This document shows, in pieces, positions 37,062-38,110 of a stretch of 38,110 nucleotides of DNA (position 1 is the stretch's first letter; every line of letters starts with the position of its first letter). The stretch spans positions 1-38,110 of IMG/VR virus record IMGVR_UViG_3300025012_000196; one strand, written 5' to 3'. This DNA is from a virus (taxonomy: Duplodnaviria > Caudoviricetes). Made by a program: the position numbers and the translations under genes. The notes under the pieces were generated by a model, which was given only the letters and a program-made list of their open reading frames with translations, did no database searches and had not been told where the DNA came from.

Positions 37062-37073
37062 GGGGCTTTTTTT
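37050..37073 (+). terminator. Intrinsic terminator of the plus-strand operon
   Basis: GCCCCT-GAATA-AGGGGC followed by T7. Confidence 0.85.
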
Positions 37074-37098
37074 GTGCTAACTGGCGGGCGATTCGCTG

Positions 37099-37158
37099 CC
37101 CTAACCAGTCGCGGCACACGGTCTGCGCTTCGCTTGCCGGTGCGCTTTGTCGTTATAA
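37099..37158 (+). mobile_element. attC site 1 (60 bp)
   Basis: R'' CCCTAAC, 5-nt spacer, L'' GCG[G]CAC[A]CGG pairing with CCGGTGCGC (two extrahelical bases), R' GTTATAA. Confidence 0.75.
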
Positions 37159-37890
37159 TCTGAATCCCGCTAAAATCCTAAATGCCGTTGCCGCCAGGTA
37201 TGGATCTTGTCCGTTTCCAATGGCTTTAAGTCTGTCCATTTGGGCGGCCACTGCATGAGGATCTCGTTTGACTCTGCTGTAATCATCTTGTTCAAGCATC
37301 GAGCCGATTGCTCCTGTATGTTGCCGTCTGCGTGGTTCTTCCTCACAAGCGACGAAATACGGAGAAAAGTCCATGCTTTCCAGCATTGCGCCGTCGGCCT
37401 TAAAAGCGACAATCCAGATTCTCGCGCCTTCACATATTGAACCCGCGGCTGATGCCCCCATAACTCCGTAGCGTCCCACATACCCCATTCGGGCAAGGTC
37501 TGCAATGACTCGTACCCCCCCCCTAGAAGTGAGCATTGGTGAGTTTTCCACGAAAACGACTCTAGGCAAAACCTCGCCAATGATTCTGTCCATTTCTTTC
37601 CAAAGCCCTGACCGTTCTCCCTCGATGCCTGCCCCATGTCCGGCAACGCTAATGTCTTGACAGGGAAAGCCCCCCGAAACCACATCAACAATGCCTCTCC
37701 AAGGTCTTCCGTCAAAAGTGCAAACGTCATCCCAGATAGGGAACGGGTCGAGAATGCCATCATTCTGTCGCTGGACAAGTACGCTTGCGGCGTAAGGTTC
37801 TCGCTCGACGGCGCAAACTGTTCTCCATCCAAGCAATGTCCCTGCGAGTATTCCGCCACCAGCGCCTGCGAAAAGAGCCAACTCATTCAC
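37153..37890 (-). CDS. C5 cytosine DNA methyltransferase, alpha chain
   Basis: Motifs I (LFAGAGG), IV (GGFPCQD), VI (VENS) and X (RLKAIGNG); motif VIII atypical (EGARIW); motif IX absent. GTG start after GGAGG. Confidence 0.85.
   Translation of the reverse strand: MNELALFAGAGGGILAGTLLGWRTVCAVEREPYAASVLVQRQNDGILDPFPIWDDVCTFDGRPWRGIVDVVSGGFPCQDISVAGHGAGIEGERSGLWKEMDRIIGEVLPRVVFVENSPMLTSRGGVRVIADLARMGYVGRYGVMGASAAGSICEGARIWIVAFKADGAMLESMDFSPYFVACEEEPRRRQHTGAIGSMLEQDDYSRVKRDPHAVAAQMDRLKAIGNGQDPYLAATAFRILAGFRL
37170..37886 (-). CDS. Nested alternative-frame beta chain of the methyltransferase
   Basis: 238 aa fully open in a second frame; motif IX-like EILMQWPPKWT; ATG 8 nt after the same GGAGG. 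Confidence 0.7.
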   Translation of the reverse strand: MSWLFSQALVAEYSQGHCLDGEQFAPSSENLTPQAYLSSDRMMAFSTRSLSGMTFALLTEDLGEALLMWFRGAFPVKTLALPDMGQASRENGQGFGKKWTESLARFCLESFSWKTHQCSLLGGGYESLQTLPEWGMWDATELWGHQPRVQYVKARESGLSLLRPTAQCWKAWTFLRISSLVRKNHADGNIQEQSARCLNKMITAESNEILMQWPPKWTDLKPLETDKIHTWRQRHLGF

Positions 37891-37932
37891 ACTACCTCCG
37901 AACCCTATGGCTTGCGCCAAGCGGGAAAATAT

Positions 37933-37991
37933 TTCTAACCAAACATTCAAGCGGGCCGGTGAAGCCCGCCGCTTAATTCAAGCCGTTATCA
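37933..37991 (+). mobile_element. attC site 2 (59 bp)
   Basis: TTCTAAC-CAAAC-ATT[C]AAGCGG...CCGCTTAAT-TCAAGCC-GTTATCA. The L boxes match the classical aadA-type attC boxes ATTCAAGC/GCTTAAT. Confidence 0.88.
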
Positions 37992-38110
37992 CTACTCCAC
38001 TTTGGCAGCGACAACCCAGAACCCGCCATAATACCCGTTGTGTTCGTTGTGGTTTGCCATCGTGAAAGCCCCCTTACTGGTCGTCACTACCAGAAATTGC
38101 ACCTCGTGGC
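37992..38110 (-). CDS. 3' end of a phage-type hypothetical protein (NGYYGG motif), truncated by the window
   Basis: ...HEVQFLVVTTSKGAFTMANHNEHNGYYGGFWVVAAKVE*; the stop abuts the attC2 R' box. Confidence 0.65.
   Translation of the reverse strand, partial: HEVQFLVVTTSKGAFTMANHNEHNGYYGGFWVVAAKVE

Larger units (their letters stand above)
1..38110 (-). mobile_element. Podovirus-like phage/prophage segment (replication, packaging, head, tail, ejection modules)
   Basis: Co-oriented terS-terL-portal-scaffold-capsid-adaptor-tail-ejection gene order. No tape measure or sheath gene. No integrase, lysis genes or host genes recognised in the window. Confidence 0.95.

Noticed and set aside
37891-37950. 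N-terminal extension of the methyltransferase in the ORF track
   Set aside because: It runs into attC2. The GGAGG and motif I place the start at GTG 37890.

Overview
This window is a large part of a tailed-phage or prophage genome with podovirus-like architecture (N4-gp56-type capsid, P22-like portal, Bcep22/BPP-1-like layout). Almost everything is on the minus strand. Read right to left: a nested two-frame C5 DNA methyltransferase; an oppositely oriented 3-gene operon; HTH, DUF1064 and replication genes with iterons; terS/terL; about 11 small accessory genes (Acb2/Tad1-like, MazG-like, DUF4406, HslV-like); portal, scaffold, CsrA-like gene, capsid, adaptors, tail tube and tail fibre; an HlyC-like acyltransferase; ejection proteins ending in a 3221-aa polyvalent protein; and a collagen/LamG fibre module. 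Two non-coding systems stand out. (1) At the right end is an integron-like cassette array with two attC sites and a GTTRRRY entry site but no integrase in the window; two cassettes carry genes inverted relative to attC. (2) Three related leader-terminator elements precede three structural gene blocks, and one directly follows an unannotated YezD/DUF2292-like gene, suggesting an antitermination switch. All family calls are by-eye motif recognition; no database searches were run.
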